DNA from: an uncultured candidate division Zixibacteria bacterium
GTDB taxonomy: Bacteria > Zixibacteria > MSB-5A5 > GN15 > PGXB01
Direction of reading: 5' to 3'
Assembly (NCBI GenBank): GCA_963702205.1
Contig: OY969724.1
Coordinates: 96,001-160,000 of the forward strand
DNA length: 64,000 bases
Shown here: in pieces, positions 41,182-50,586 of the stretch
Layout: each line of letters starts with the position of its first letter
Numbering within the stretch: position 1 is the first letter of the stretch
Translations under genes and position numbers: made by a program
The notes under the pieces: generated by a model
What the model was told of the DNA's origin: nothing
The model's input: only the letters and a program-made list of their open reading frames with translations
The model's database searches: none

Positions 41182-41308
41182 TTTTAAATTCTCCTTTTAT
41201 GTATATTCTCATACTGGAAAGGGTAATTTCGTCAGTCTCTGAGCTGAAATCAGTCCGATATACCATCAGAACAGGTATATATTTCCGGATGGCTCCAACA
41301 CGATCTGC

Positions 41309-42685
41309 CTAAACTTCTAATTCTGCCCTTTTTTTCTGATTCTCTGCCATGAAGAATGCTACTTTTTCATCGGTCAGGCCATAAAAAATAAAGACAAAAC
41401 CGGCAATGAGGTAGCATGCCAAAGGTAAAAACGCAATAAGATCCATCAGGCTGCTGATGAAATAGGGCGTGGCTTCCATATTCGCCTGATAACCCATATA
41501 TGCTAAAAACGCAGGAACTAATGTAATGGCTATGTCCATGCCGATTTTTACTGGCATTGTATACATGGACATGATAAATGCACTGGCATTTTTCCCTGTT
41601 TTATAGAATCCGTATTCGGCAGCATCCATGTACATTGCCTGTCTTATGGGCATGGGTAGATAGACAATAAGATTTGTACAGCAGATAATTGCAATATATG
41701 CGATTGGGCTGGTGGCGCCGTACTTCCAGAGCATCAGATACCCTATGGTGCCAATAAAGGCGGTATAAAGACATATTTCCTTTTTACCCACCATTCTTGT
41801 AACAGACGGCGCTATAAAAGTGCTTATCAGAATGGCGAAGGTTGTTAATAAAGGGTAGTACACCATCCATTTACTGTCACCTGTAACATACTTAAAATAA
41901 TAGGCCGCGACGGACGTAAGGGCAAATATTGCTATATCTTTTAAGGTATCAGCAATCATTATTATAACCAGGTGCCTGTTGCTAATTATCTGCATCAGCA
42001 TTTCAAACCCGGTTAGATTATGTGAAGGCTTTAATTTTTTATTTGGATCATAGCGGTCATACCCTTTTGTACGTAAGAACAGGTTCCAGTATCCTAATAC
42101 CTGAAATGCGGCCAGGAATATTACTATTGTAAAATATCCTATTGATTCTCCAAAGCGGGCATTCAGGATATTTAAAAGCTTTATAGCCACCAGACTGAAA
42201 AAAATTGATGAACTATACTGATATTGAACGCTTCTTGCTGAAAGAGTCGCCCTGTCATCAACATTGCCTGAGAGTACCGAAATAAGACCCAGCTGGGCAT
42301 TAAAGGCGAAATTAAGACTGATATGGGCAATTAGGTATGCCGCACCCAGATAGGACATTTTAACCCAGTAGCCTATTGAGGGTATGTTTGTGAAAGTGAG
42401 AGTAAAGAATACAAAGGTAGATAGAGGCAAAAACAGGAGCCATGACCGGAATTGGCCCCATCTGAACTGTGTCTTTTGTATTATTGCCCCGCTGACAGGT
42501 ACGGATACTGCATCTACAGTATGGGTAATAAACATGAATATGGATAAATGGACTGGAAGGATCAGTGCTACATCTGTCATAAAGTAGCTATAATAATAGA
42601 TAGCTACACTCATCATCATATTAAAGGTCAGAGTGGAAAACCCATAGCTGTGTATGACTAAAGCAGGAAGCCTTTTTCCATTCAT
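41309..42685 (-). CDS. MFS transporter, GPH family (paralog of 39799-41181)
   Basis: Shares QFRWGQFRSWL, YDPNKKLKP and PIRQAMYMDAAEYGFYKTGK with its neighbour. Confidence 0.9.
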   Translation of the reverse strand: MNGKRLPALVIHSYGFSTLTFNMMMSVAIYYYSYFMTDVALILPVHLSIFMFITHTVDAVSVPVSGAIIQKTQFRWGQFRSWLLFLPLSTFVFFTLTFTNIPSIGYWVKMSYLGAAYLIAHISLNFAFNAQLGLISVLSGNVDDRATLSARSVQYQYSSSIFFSLVAIKLLNILNARFGESIGYFTIVIFLAAFQVLGYWNLFLRTKGYDRYDPNKKLKPSHNLTGFEMLMQIISNRHLVIIMIADTLKDIAIFALTSVAAYYFKYVTGDSKWMVYYPLLTTFAILISTFIAPSVTRMVGKKEICLYTAFIGTIGYLMLWKYGATSPIAYIAIICCTNLIVYLPMPIRQAMYMDAAEYGFYKTGKNASAFIMSMYTMPVKIGMDIAITLVPAFLAYMGYQANMEATPYFISSLMDLIAFLPLACYLIAGFVFIFYGLTDEKVAFFMAENQKKRAELEV

Positions 42686-42720
42686 AATCTGATCCTCCGG
42701 AATGTACAGAATTATTTGAT

Positions 42721-44154
42721 TTAGCCTCTTATGTTTTTAATGACTTCTCCATATGTCTTATCTCCTGCCATCCTGATTTTTTCTATTTTGCCATCAGGTC
42801 TCTGCGAATAATACTCGTCGGCCTCAGTTAAAAGGGGAAAATATTCCCCGTTGATATCTTCAAGCAGCTCAACATTCATTAACCCCTTTTCGGGGCTAAC
42901 GATTTCGGCAATCCCCAGCAACCCTCCTTTTTCTATCACCTTGAAAGGGCCGTTTTCTGATTTATATCCCACAAGATTTTTTGACCAGTGGCGGACATAG
43001 ATATCCGCATCAAAGGGATATAATTTCCCTCTCACGGATTCAAAAACCTTCCCTTCTCTCACAACAAGCCTTTTACCCGAATTCAGCATTGGTCTTGTGG
43101 ATGTCAGATTATCAGGGTTATGTGTGTATATCATGTTTTCAAAGGGTGCGTTCGCGATATCGGCATAATCGGTATGAACAATACTGTTTTGCGGCGCGAT
43201 ATCATGTATGACTACAGATCCTTTATAAGCTTCCATTGCCCTTTCATACCGTTCTCTACTCCAGGTACGTTCGATAAAATTGTTGATATTGTCATATACA
43301 ATCGATGATTCATCGAACTTGTCTTTGCCGGTGTTATCAAAACACTGAGGCCGGTAGGTCTCACAAAGCTCTTTCCAGAGGGAGGGCCGCCATACAGTGT
43401 CCGCACTGTAAAAGAGACTGCTCTTATCGGTCATAAATTTAAAGGCGATTGAAGGAAGCCCGTGCCAGACAGATGATTTTACAGCACGAACGGTCAGCCC
43501 TGCTTCATCGTCATGAAAGTCATTCCTCTCTTCTTCGTAAAATGACGATGCGCTGAATGGATAATAGCTTGCGGGTTCAACCCACTCACCTGTTTCTTCA
43601 TCCCTGAAAAGGAGCCGGGGGCGGTTGGCCCTGTGGTTAATAAAGATCTTCGCCCGTTCAGGCCCTATTTCATTGCCTTGCCGGTCTTCTATGCAGTAAT
43701 GGAAGGCAGCTCCATCCTTGTCGTCCTTAAGCTTTATGCAGTACTTCTCCCGGGGTCCGATAAGGCACTCTTCAACCATCAGATCATAGGGTATATCTAC
43801 CACGCTCTTCGAATCGACGGAGAGTGATCTCTCCAGTGCACCCTTGGAATTTTTACAATATTCTTCAAGGACGGGTTCTGATGATATCAGCCTGAGTCTG
43901 TTCTTTGACATGGGATTATAGAAGGTAAAGAGGACTATATCCGTGAACCATCTCTTGTGATCCTCATGAGAATGAGTTCCGAAGATACCTTTAATCTCAG
44001 CAAGGCCTTTGTAACCAAGATGGGGAAAAACAGGAGATCCGCATTCAAGCAGGTATCTATGCCCGTTTACGGTTATCATGTACCCGCTGCTTTCTCCCAT
44101 CATCGAGAAGGCGCTTGTATTGCCCACAACATCAAAGATAATATCATGGCTCAC
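42721..44154 (-). CDS. Metallo-beta-lactamase-fold hydrolase (RNase Z/phosphodiesterase-like) with large insertions
   Basis: GNTSAFS, LLECGS, THSHEDH (HxHxDH), VWHG, YSADT, IHD, VHT, THNPD. Confidence 0.7.
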   Translation of the reverse strand: MSHDIIFDVVGNTSAFSMMGESSGYMITVNGHRYLLECGSPVFPHLGYKGLAEIKGIFGTHSHEDHKRWFTDIVLFTFYNPMSKNRLRLISSEPVLEEYCKNSKGALERSLSVDSKSVVDIPYDLMVEECLIGPREKYCIKLKDDKDGAAFHYCIEDRQGNEIGPERAKIFINHRANRPRLLFRDEETGEWVEPASYYPFSASSFYEEERNDFHDDEAGLTVRAVKSSVWHGLPSIAFKFMTDKSSLFYSADTVWRPSLWKELCETYRPQCFDNTGKDKFDESSIVYDNINNFIERTWSRERYERAMEAYKGSVVIHDIAPQNSIVHTDYADIANAPFENMIYTHNPDNLTSTRPMLNSGKRLVVREGKVFESVRGKLYPFDADIYVRHWSKNLVGYKSENGPFKVIEKGGLLGIAEIVSPEKGLMNVELLEDINGEYFPLLTEADEYYSQRPDGKIEKIRMAGDKTYGEVIKNIRG

Positions 44155-44304
44155 AGTATATTATGGCTCCCTCAGATTCAGATCGATGGATTTCATATTC
44201 AAGGCGGCCTATTTTTCTACATTTATCTGGTAAAAGCAAGGTAAATATAGGTAAAATCTGATAAATTGTTTATTTGGAGTAAAAAACTGCAGGAAAATAA
44301 GATA

Positions 44305-46155
44305 TCAGGAGTTCTTCAAACACCTGACATTGTAGGTCATAACAGGGTTATGTATGCCCTTCACACTGATCTCCCCTATTTTATCGGCTTCAACAAGATC
44401 ATATACACTGCTGTATGTCCTCTGGCTTACCAGGATCTGTCCGGCTTTGGCAATCGACTCGAGCCGTGACGCCACATTCACCTGGTTTCCTATTACAGTG
44501 TAGTCAAGCTGCATCTCGGACCCGATATTCCCGACTGTCATATAACCCGTGTTGATACCTATCCCCATACCAAGCTCATACCCGAAATATCTCCAGTCCT
44601 TTTTTAATTCATCTGTCTTCTTCTGCATTGCAATGCCCATCATTATGGCCCTCTGGGCGTGATCATCCACAGGAACAGGGTCACCCAGGAAAATGAGCAT
44701 GCCATCCCCGATTATCTTGTTGAGGGTTCCGTCATACCTGTAGACGATCTTTGTCATTTCGGAGATATAATTATGAAGCAGGTTAAACAACTCCTCGGGT
44801 TCAAGATTGTCGGTAAATGTGGAGAAATTCCTGATGTCAGTAAACATGACAGTCATCATCTTTCTCCTTGGCGCTGCCCACAGAGTGCTCTCATTCGATA
44901 ATATCTGTTCAGCAACCTTGGGTGAGAGGTAACGCCTGAGATTATTGTATTTGTTGAGCTCTTCGATCTGATCATTCACCTTTTCCTCAAGCCCCTCATT
45001 AAGTATAAGAAGGTCTTTCCTTGCCTTTTCCAGCTCCCTGGTTCTCTCGTCGACCTTCTGTTCCAGGGTGGTATTGTAATCCTCCAGCCTTGCCTTTGCG
45101 TCTTCAAGTTCTTCATTTACAATTCTTAATCTTTCATAAGCCTTATTTCTTGCCTTTATATTGACGCGCAGATTGTCTATTGTATCTACCAGGTGCGTTT
45201 CTGAATAATTGGGATTCCTGTTTTTCCTGATGGTTTTTGCAATGCGCCTCAACCATGAAAATCTGTAGTATGTAACATCCAGGATAAAATAGGGCGCACC
45301 AAAGATCTCCCCTTTTTTCAACAGAATGCGGTCATCGCCGCGCACTGTTTCAGTAATCAGAACCGCGCCTGTATTTTTGCTGTTTACGCCTTTGTTATCA
45401 GGCACTGAGTATTTTCCCAGGTAAACCTTTTTATCATTGATCCTCTCTGGGACAAGAGCAATACTTTTCCCTACCGTTTTTCTTGTTTTTTCTATCGGAT
45501 CCATTATCGATAAACGCCCGTCTTCCATCTTTGCATCCAGCTTGAAGTCAGTTAACTCGGGTTCGTTATTAAGGAGTTTTACAGGGTCATATGCATTCAG
45601 GGGCTGCCTTATTAAGGCAGGAGGCAGATTCCACACCATTGGTATGGATGAAATGATTCCCCTTCTATATGAATCGACAATATATTCGTTGTTGACATCA
45701 ATATCATCATGGTAGGAAACCTTGAGGATCACCCTTACTCTTTTTAAGGCCTTATCATAGGATGGAGGAACAACAACTTCTATATCCTTGGTATCATTTA
45801 TGTTGCAGTTGAAAAATGGCAGCCTCCTGAAACCGTCATCAGGCCCTGCGAAAAACCTGGCAAGATAGCCGAACCTTCCCCATGATTTAAGCATGGCAGA
45901 AGAAGACCCGCAATTGAAATAAAAAAACTGCTCTTCTGATATCTCCTTTGCCCTCCTCAAGATTTTCTGGAAATTATCATAGGTTGTCCACTCATCCTCA
46001 TTCAGGAAAAATGATTCCGGTGAATCATATCTTTCTGACGGGTATGGAAGGTTATGGAACAGGGGTGAGTAATTGCCCCCTTTTTTTTCGAGATACGAAG
46101 AGACAATACTGATATTCCTGTTGCTGATACAATCTGTTCTGCTCATATTCGTCAC
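44305..46155 (-). CDS. Class III adenylate cyclase with uncharacterised N-terminal region
   Basis: TVMFTDIRNFS, KIIGDG, GINTG, GNIGS..DYTVIGNQVNVASRLE; coiled-coil linker. Confidence 0.9.
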   Translation of the reverse strand: MTNMSRTDCISNRNISIVSSYLEKKGGNYSPLFHNLPYPSERYDSPESFFLNEDEWTTYDNFQKILRRAKEISEEQFFYFNCGSSSAMLKSWGRFGYLARFFAGPDDGFRRLPFFNCNINDTKDIEVVVPPSYDKALKRVRVILKVSYHDDIDVNNEYIVDSYRRGIISSIPMVWNLPPALIRQPLNAYDPVKLLNNEPELTDFKLDAKMEDGRLSIMDPIEKTRKTVGKSIALVPERINDKKVYLGKYSVPDNKGVNSKNTGAVLITETVRGDDRILLKKGEIFGAPYFILDVTYYRFSWLRRIAKTIRKNRNPNYSETHLVDTIDNLRVNIKARNKAYERLRIVNEELEDAKARLEDYNTTLEQKVDERTRELEKARKDLLILNEGLEEKVNDQIEELNKYNNLRRYLSPKVAEQILSNESTLWAAPRRKMMTVMFTDIRNFSTFTDNLEPEELFNLLHNYISEMTKIVYRYDGTLNKIIGDGMLIFLGDPVPVDDHAQRAIMMGIAMQKKTDELKKDWRYFGYELGMGIGINTGYMTVGNIGSEMQLDYTVIGNQVNVASRLESIAKAGQILVSQRTYSSVYDLVEADKIGEISVKGIHNPVMTYNVRCLKNS

Positions 46156-46186
46156 CTTTCAAGTAAGGATATGAAACATTGCAATT

Positions 46187-46202
46187 TGCAAATAACGTAC
46201 CA
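46187..46202 (-). promoter_or_regulatory. sigma54 (-24/-12) promoter for the cyclase gene cluster
   Basis: Minus strand TGGTACGTTATTTGCA fits TGGCACG-N4-TTGCW with correct spacing, 31 nt upstream of the ORF start. Confidence 0.7.
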
Positions 46203-46371
46203 TAATTCAACTTATTGACATTACAGCCTTTTACGATTTACATCAGGTTAAAATGCACATTTTTCAATGCATTCATGCACATAAAAATGTGCAAAACAGA
46301 ATAGTTTTCTCTCAACGCAAATTATTATAGTTGACAGTTTTATGATTTTTATATTATTTGATGCAGTCAGT

Positions 46372-46448
46372 CGGGACGTAGCGCAGCCTGGTAGCGCACC
46401 TGAATGGGGTTCAGGGGGTCGCTGGTTCAACTCCAGTCGTCCCGACCA
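46372..46448 (+). tRNA. tRNA-Pro(GGG)
   Basis: Acceptor cgggacg/cgtcccg+ACCA, anticodon stem cctga/tcagg with loop atGGGgt, T-loop gttcaac. Confidence 0.96.
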
Positions 46449-46494
46449 AATTTTGCCAAAGTTCTAGCAAAATAAGCCACAAACAAACATGAGA

Positions 46495-46535
46495 AGAGCA
46501 AATCCGGGAAGTTATCTGGATTTGCTCTTTTTTTT
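46495..46535 (+). terminator. Intrinsic terminator after tRNA-Pro
   Basis: aagagcaaatccgg / ctggatttgctctt stem plus T-run. Confidence 0.8.
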
Positions 46536-46638
46536 AACCCTGTTCATAGGCTGTTTATTTTCTACCAGAATGATGTTGTGTTTATAAACGGCAATATCAT
46601 ATTCAAGCATATAAGATTAAATCTGTTATCAGTATCTT

Positions 46639-47136
46639 TTATATACCGAATTCTTCGGCAAATTTCTTTGCCCTGTCCCTCCGCTCTTTTCTGAACTGCG
46701 CCCTTTCGGGAGCTGTTTCATGGAGACTTTTTTCAATGTCGCTTTCAGGGATAACCGGCGGTACAGGATGAGGTCTGCCGTCATTTCCAATAGCGACAAA
46801 TGTCAAAAAGGCAGTCGTACACGTAATTTTCTCACCCGTATAGAGATTCTCCCCCAGGACCTTTACAAAAACCTCCATAGAAGTATGGCTGGTCCATGTT
46901 ACAAAGGCCTCCACGCATATCGCCTGCCCTTTTCTGATCGGGTGCAAAAAATCCACAGAGTCTGTCGAGGCCGTGACTACATTCATACGCGCATGTCTCA
47001 TTGCAGACAGGCCCGCCACCTCATCTATGTGAGACATTGTCCTCCCGCCAAAAATTGTTCCGTGATTATTGGTGTCCGGAGGCAGGATTATTGATGTTTT
47101 AGTTACAAAGGATTGGCTGGCTTTTTTCGGTTCCAT
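46639..47136 (-). CDS. Hotdog-fold acyl-CoA thioesterase
   Basis: PPDTNNHGTIFGG..IDEVAG, VVTASTDSVDF, TSMEV. Confidence 0.92.
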   Translation of the reverse strand: MEPKKASQSFVTKTSIILPPDTNNHGTIFGGRTMSHIDEVAGLSAMRHARMNVVTASTDSVDFLHPIRKGQAICVEAFVTWTSHTSMEVFVKVLGENLYTGEKITCTTAFLTFVAIGNDGRPHPVPPVIPESDIEKSLHETAPERAQFRKERRDRAKKFAEEFGI

Positions 47137-47340
47137 ATCGTATTACCCGTGTCTTTATTAAAATTTGTCCAATGTCAATTGCCTCTTACTTTTATCCCAA
47201 GAAGAGAAAAAAATACACATTAATATTTTCAAATTGGGTTTTCCGAAGACAGACAGAAATTCTATCGAATATTCCAATTTGACCAATTTTACGGCCCTAT
47301 AGTATGAATTACCTCATATTTTATGAAAGAGGGTTTGAAT

Positions 47341-48204
47341 ATGGAGGATAATCAAAAAGGCAGTCGTGTAAGCCGAAGGGCTTTTCTGGCTACGGCCGCA
47401 GGTGCAGCCATGGCTACCGCGATGCCTGCAATGCTTTCAGCCAAAGAGACCTTCACGCAAAATACGCTGCAGGTCTGGTCATGCGGCGGGCTTGCAGAGG
47501 CATTTATACCTGCAAATAAAAGATTCAGGGAAAAAATAGGCGTTGAAATAGCATATACCGGCGCCTTCGCGGCTGCCCTTGGAAAATCATTGCTTGGCAG
47601 TGCAACCACGGAAGTATTTGCAGCCAGGGTTCTCGATCTGGCTAAAAAGCTTAAAGGTGCGGGAAAAATGGTTCTATTCAAACCTCTGTGCTTTACAAGC
47701 TATGTCCTTGTGACGCCAAAGGGAAACCCGGCGGGAATCTCCGGGATTCAGGATATGGCAAAGCCGGGCATAAGGGTTATCCTCTCTCCTGAGGCATCTC
47801 CCCCGGGAGGCCAGGCAGTGATGGGTCTGTTAAAAAAGGCCGGTGTTGCCGAAAAGGCCATGAACAACTGTGTCATCAAAAGCACCTGCGTGCAGCGGGC
47901 CATGCAGGACCTGGTTTCCGGTAAAGGAGACGTCTTGGTTGTAGAAAAAAGGCTTACAAGAATGAAAATGTTCAAGGACAAATCGGAGATTATACCCATA
48001 CCCGAAAAGTTCTTTCCCCCTCCTCCGCTTACATTTACTATCGGCTTGATGAAGTATGCAAGAGATCCTGAACTGGCCGCGTACTATATTGATTTTATTC
48101 GCAGTGAAGAAGGCCAGGGTTTTTTTGATGCTGCCGGATTTATACCTGCAATATCCGAAGACGGCGTAAGACTCATCGAAAAACTGGGGGTGAAAGATGC
48201 CTGA
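47341..48204 (+). CDS. Tat-exported ModA-like substrate-binding-fold protein
   Basis: SRRAFL twin-arginine signal; WSCGGLAEA, LVTPKGNPAGISGIQD, FIRSEEGQ..F..GF. Confidence 0.75.
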   Translation: MEDNQKGSRVSRRAFLATAAGAAMATAMPAMLSAKETFTQNTLQVWSCGGLAEAFIPANKRFREKIGVEIAYTGAFAAALGKSLLGSATTEVFAARVLDLAKKLKGAGKMVLFKPLCFTSYVLVTPKGNPAGISGIQDMAKPGIRVILSPEASPPGGQAVMGLLKKAGVAEKAMNNCVIKSTCVQRAMQDLVSGKGDVLVVEKRLTRMKMFKDKSEIIPIPEKFFPPPPLTFTIGLMKYARDPELAAYYIDFIRSEEGQGFFDAAGFIPAISEDGVRLIEKLGVKDA

Positions 48205-48991
48205 TACAGGTCAAACAGTAATACAGGAAAAGATATTAACCGATAGAAAAGCTGCATCAAAACCTTTGTTCTGGTGGCGCCGTCTGACTCAGCTGGCATT
48301 CATGGGGGTGATGGGGCAATGGTCTTTTTACGGCATTTTCAGATGCCCGTTTATTGTCCCCTATGTGAGCTGTCAGAATTGCCCGGTCATCACTTGCCAT
48401 GGCAGGCTTTTTACAATGTTCTGGGGGTTCTGGCTTTTTCTGCCCGTTTCGGTAATCCTTTTTGGCAGGGCGTTTTGCGGGTGGATGTGTCCAGGAGGGC
48501 TTGTCAATCAGATATTCGGGTGGGTTGCTCCGTTGAAATTAAGGCTTAAAAATGCCTTTACCGCTATTTTCCCCTACTTCAAATATATTGTCCTTTTCAT
48601 CGCCCTATATGCCTATTATATTATGGCACAGCCAAGGGTAGCAGTCCCAATACGTATCGGTGATTTTTTCAATTCCATATTGCTTACATTCGAACACGCA
48701 AACCTCATATGGCTCGTAAGGACCTTTATAGTGCTTGGTCTTATTGTGCTGGGGCTTATAGTTGCCAATGCATGGTGCAGGTTTGCCTGCCCGACAGGCG
48801 GTATACTTGATGCCCTTAAAATTATATCAATCTTCAGGGTGTATAAGACAGATGCATGTAATGACTGCAACAAGTGCCTGAAGGTCTGCCATATGGGCAC
48901 CCGTCCGGCGGAAACAAATTGTACCAATTGCTGTGACTGTATTTCTGTCTGTCCCCAGGACGCCATTAAGGCAGGGAGACAGAAAAGGTGA
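48197..48991 (+). CDS. NapH/MauN-like membrane polyferredoxin
   Basis: GRAFCGWMCP, WCRFACP, two ferredoxin-type Cys clusters, TM segments; overlaps the upstream stop. Confidence 0.85.
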   Translation: MPDTGQTVIQEKILTDRKAASKPLFWWRRLTQLAFMGVMGQWSFYGIFRCPFIVPYVSCQNCPVITCHGRLFTMFWGFWLFLPVSVILFGRAFCGWMCPGGLVNQIFGWVAPLKLRLKNAFTAIFPYFKYIVLFIALYAYYIMAQPRVAVPIRIGDFFNSILLTFEHANLIWLVRTFIVLGLIVLGLIVANAWCRFACPTGGILDALKIISIFRVYKTDACNDCNKCLKVCHMGTRPAETNCTNCCDCISVCPQDAIKAGRQKR

Positions 48992-49824
48992 AAAATATAA
49001 GTAATACAAACCGGATGGAAGCCGCTGTGCACCCCTGCTTTTTTTCGGAAGTTAAAAATAAGTATGGAAGGATTCATCTCCCTGTGGCTCCCCGATGTAA
49101 TATCCAGTGCGCCTATTGCAGGCGGGATTATGACTGCATGCACGAGAACAGGCCGGGGGTGACAAAGGGAGTAATAACCCCGGAGCAGGCACTGGAGCGG
49201 CTGGAAATTTCACTCGACCGGATGCCCCATATATCGGTGGCAGGAATAGCGGGTCCTGGTGATGCATTTGCCGATCCGGAACTTACGTTGAAGACATTTG
49301 AGCTCATCCGCAGAAAAAATTCTCAGATCGCCCTGTGCGTATCCACAAACGGTTTGAACATCAAAGATTATATCCCTTTACTTTCCGGGCTTGGGGTAAG
49401 GTATGTCACAGTAACAATAAACACTCTTGATCCTGCCGCTGGGGCGGTTCTTTACAAATGGGTCAATGCCGGTGACACAAGATTGTATGGTATCAGGGGT
49501 GCAGAAACATTGATAGAAAACCAGCTCGAGGCAGTAGAAATTTTAAAAAACAACAATTTTACAGTAAAGATAAACTCTGTTGTCATCCCGGGTGTAAATG
49601 AAAACCACCTCGTGTTCCTGGCAAAAAAGGTCGGGAGAATGGGTGTAGACCTCATGAACCTGATTCCGGTCATTCCTGTAAAAGGGACAGATATGGAAGA
49701 TATCACTCCACCGGATGGAGATATGCTTCACAGGTTGAGAAAAACAGCAGGTGTGTTTATCCCCCAGATGCATCACTGTACAAGATGCAGGTCCGATGCG
49801 GTCGGCATGCTGGGAAGTTTATAG
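48988..49824 (+). CDS. NifB-like radical SAM protein (no NifX domain)
   Basis: HPC, CNIQCAYC, HENRPG, AGPGD, STNGL, C-terminal CTRCRSDA. Confidence 0.85.
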   Translation: MKNISNTNRMEAAVHPCFFSEVKNKYGRIHLPVAPRCNIQCAYCRRDYDCMHENRPGVTKGVITPEQALERLEISLDRMPHISVAGIAGPGDAFADPELTLKTFELIRRKNSQIALCVSTNGLNIKDYIPLLSGLGVRYVTVTINTLDPAAGAVLYKWVNAGDTRLYGIRGAETLIENQLEAVEILKNNNFTVKINSVVIPGVNENHLVFLAKKVGRMGVDLMNLIPVIPVKGTDMEDITPPDGDMLHRLRKTAGVFIPQMHHCTRCRSDAVGMLGSL

Positions 49825-49925
49825 AATGAATTAAGAGTTGATATATTTGCTGCTTATCCATTTTTCTTTAATTCGTTCCGCTTCCAATTTATGCACTTCC
49901 GGCAGTTTTATCTCCGGATAAAATA

Positions 49926-50118
49926 GCATTTAATGGATGAACTATCGTTCCGGCGCTGCCGCTTTTCCCGAAAACATATACGAACCTCGCCCTGCCATGG
50001 TTTTGATTTTTAAGGATTACAGCCTTTGTCATTTTGAGAACCTTAAGTACATAATCCTTAAAAATTCAAAACCGCACACCTGGTACCAACCTGTCTGCGT
50101 ATATGTTTTCGTGAAAAG
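49926..50118 (+). repeat. Dispersed palindromic repeat, copy 2 (nested hairpin)
   Basis: 49926-50064 matches 17980-18118 inverted; outer arms cttttcccgaaaacatatacg / cgtatatgttttcgtgaaaag (20/21). Confidence 0.85.
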
Positions 50119-50586
50119 GACATCACCTCCACTTGAGGCAGGAAGTAACTTCGGATAATTAAGACGTTTGGCTTACCCATTTTGTCCCCCGCAGCAGGCA
50201 AAGGATATTGTTTTTCAGGACGGGATCGTTTGATAACCGGGAATTATTGAATAATAGTATACTTGCATGGTATGTTTTTATTGCATTGTACGGATTTTTC
50301 CAAAGGATGCTTGTTCGAGGTTATGTTCACAGCAATATCTGCTGCAATTTCGAGTATATTCAAAAGAGTTAATTAATTTTGCATTTTTTTCTTGCGCATT
50401 CAATCTTATAGTTTTATATTCAATTCCCACTAATTTAGTGGGTATTTCCCAAGACATATATTTTCATATTTACTTTCCGGTATTTTTAAGTGTAATTTTA
50501 TACGAAAAGCCGGGAAATACAGCCCTCATGACCAGGGCATTCAACCCTATATTAAGGTGGCTTATATACAAATTAAGGACTAGAAA

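Noticed and set aside
47341..49824. Molybdate ABC transporter or nif cluster
   Set aside because: No modB/modC and no nifHDKEN are adjacent
50268..50285. sigma54 promoter upstream of hmcA
   Set aside because: TGGTATG and TTGCA are 6 nt apart instead of the required 4
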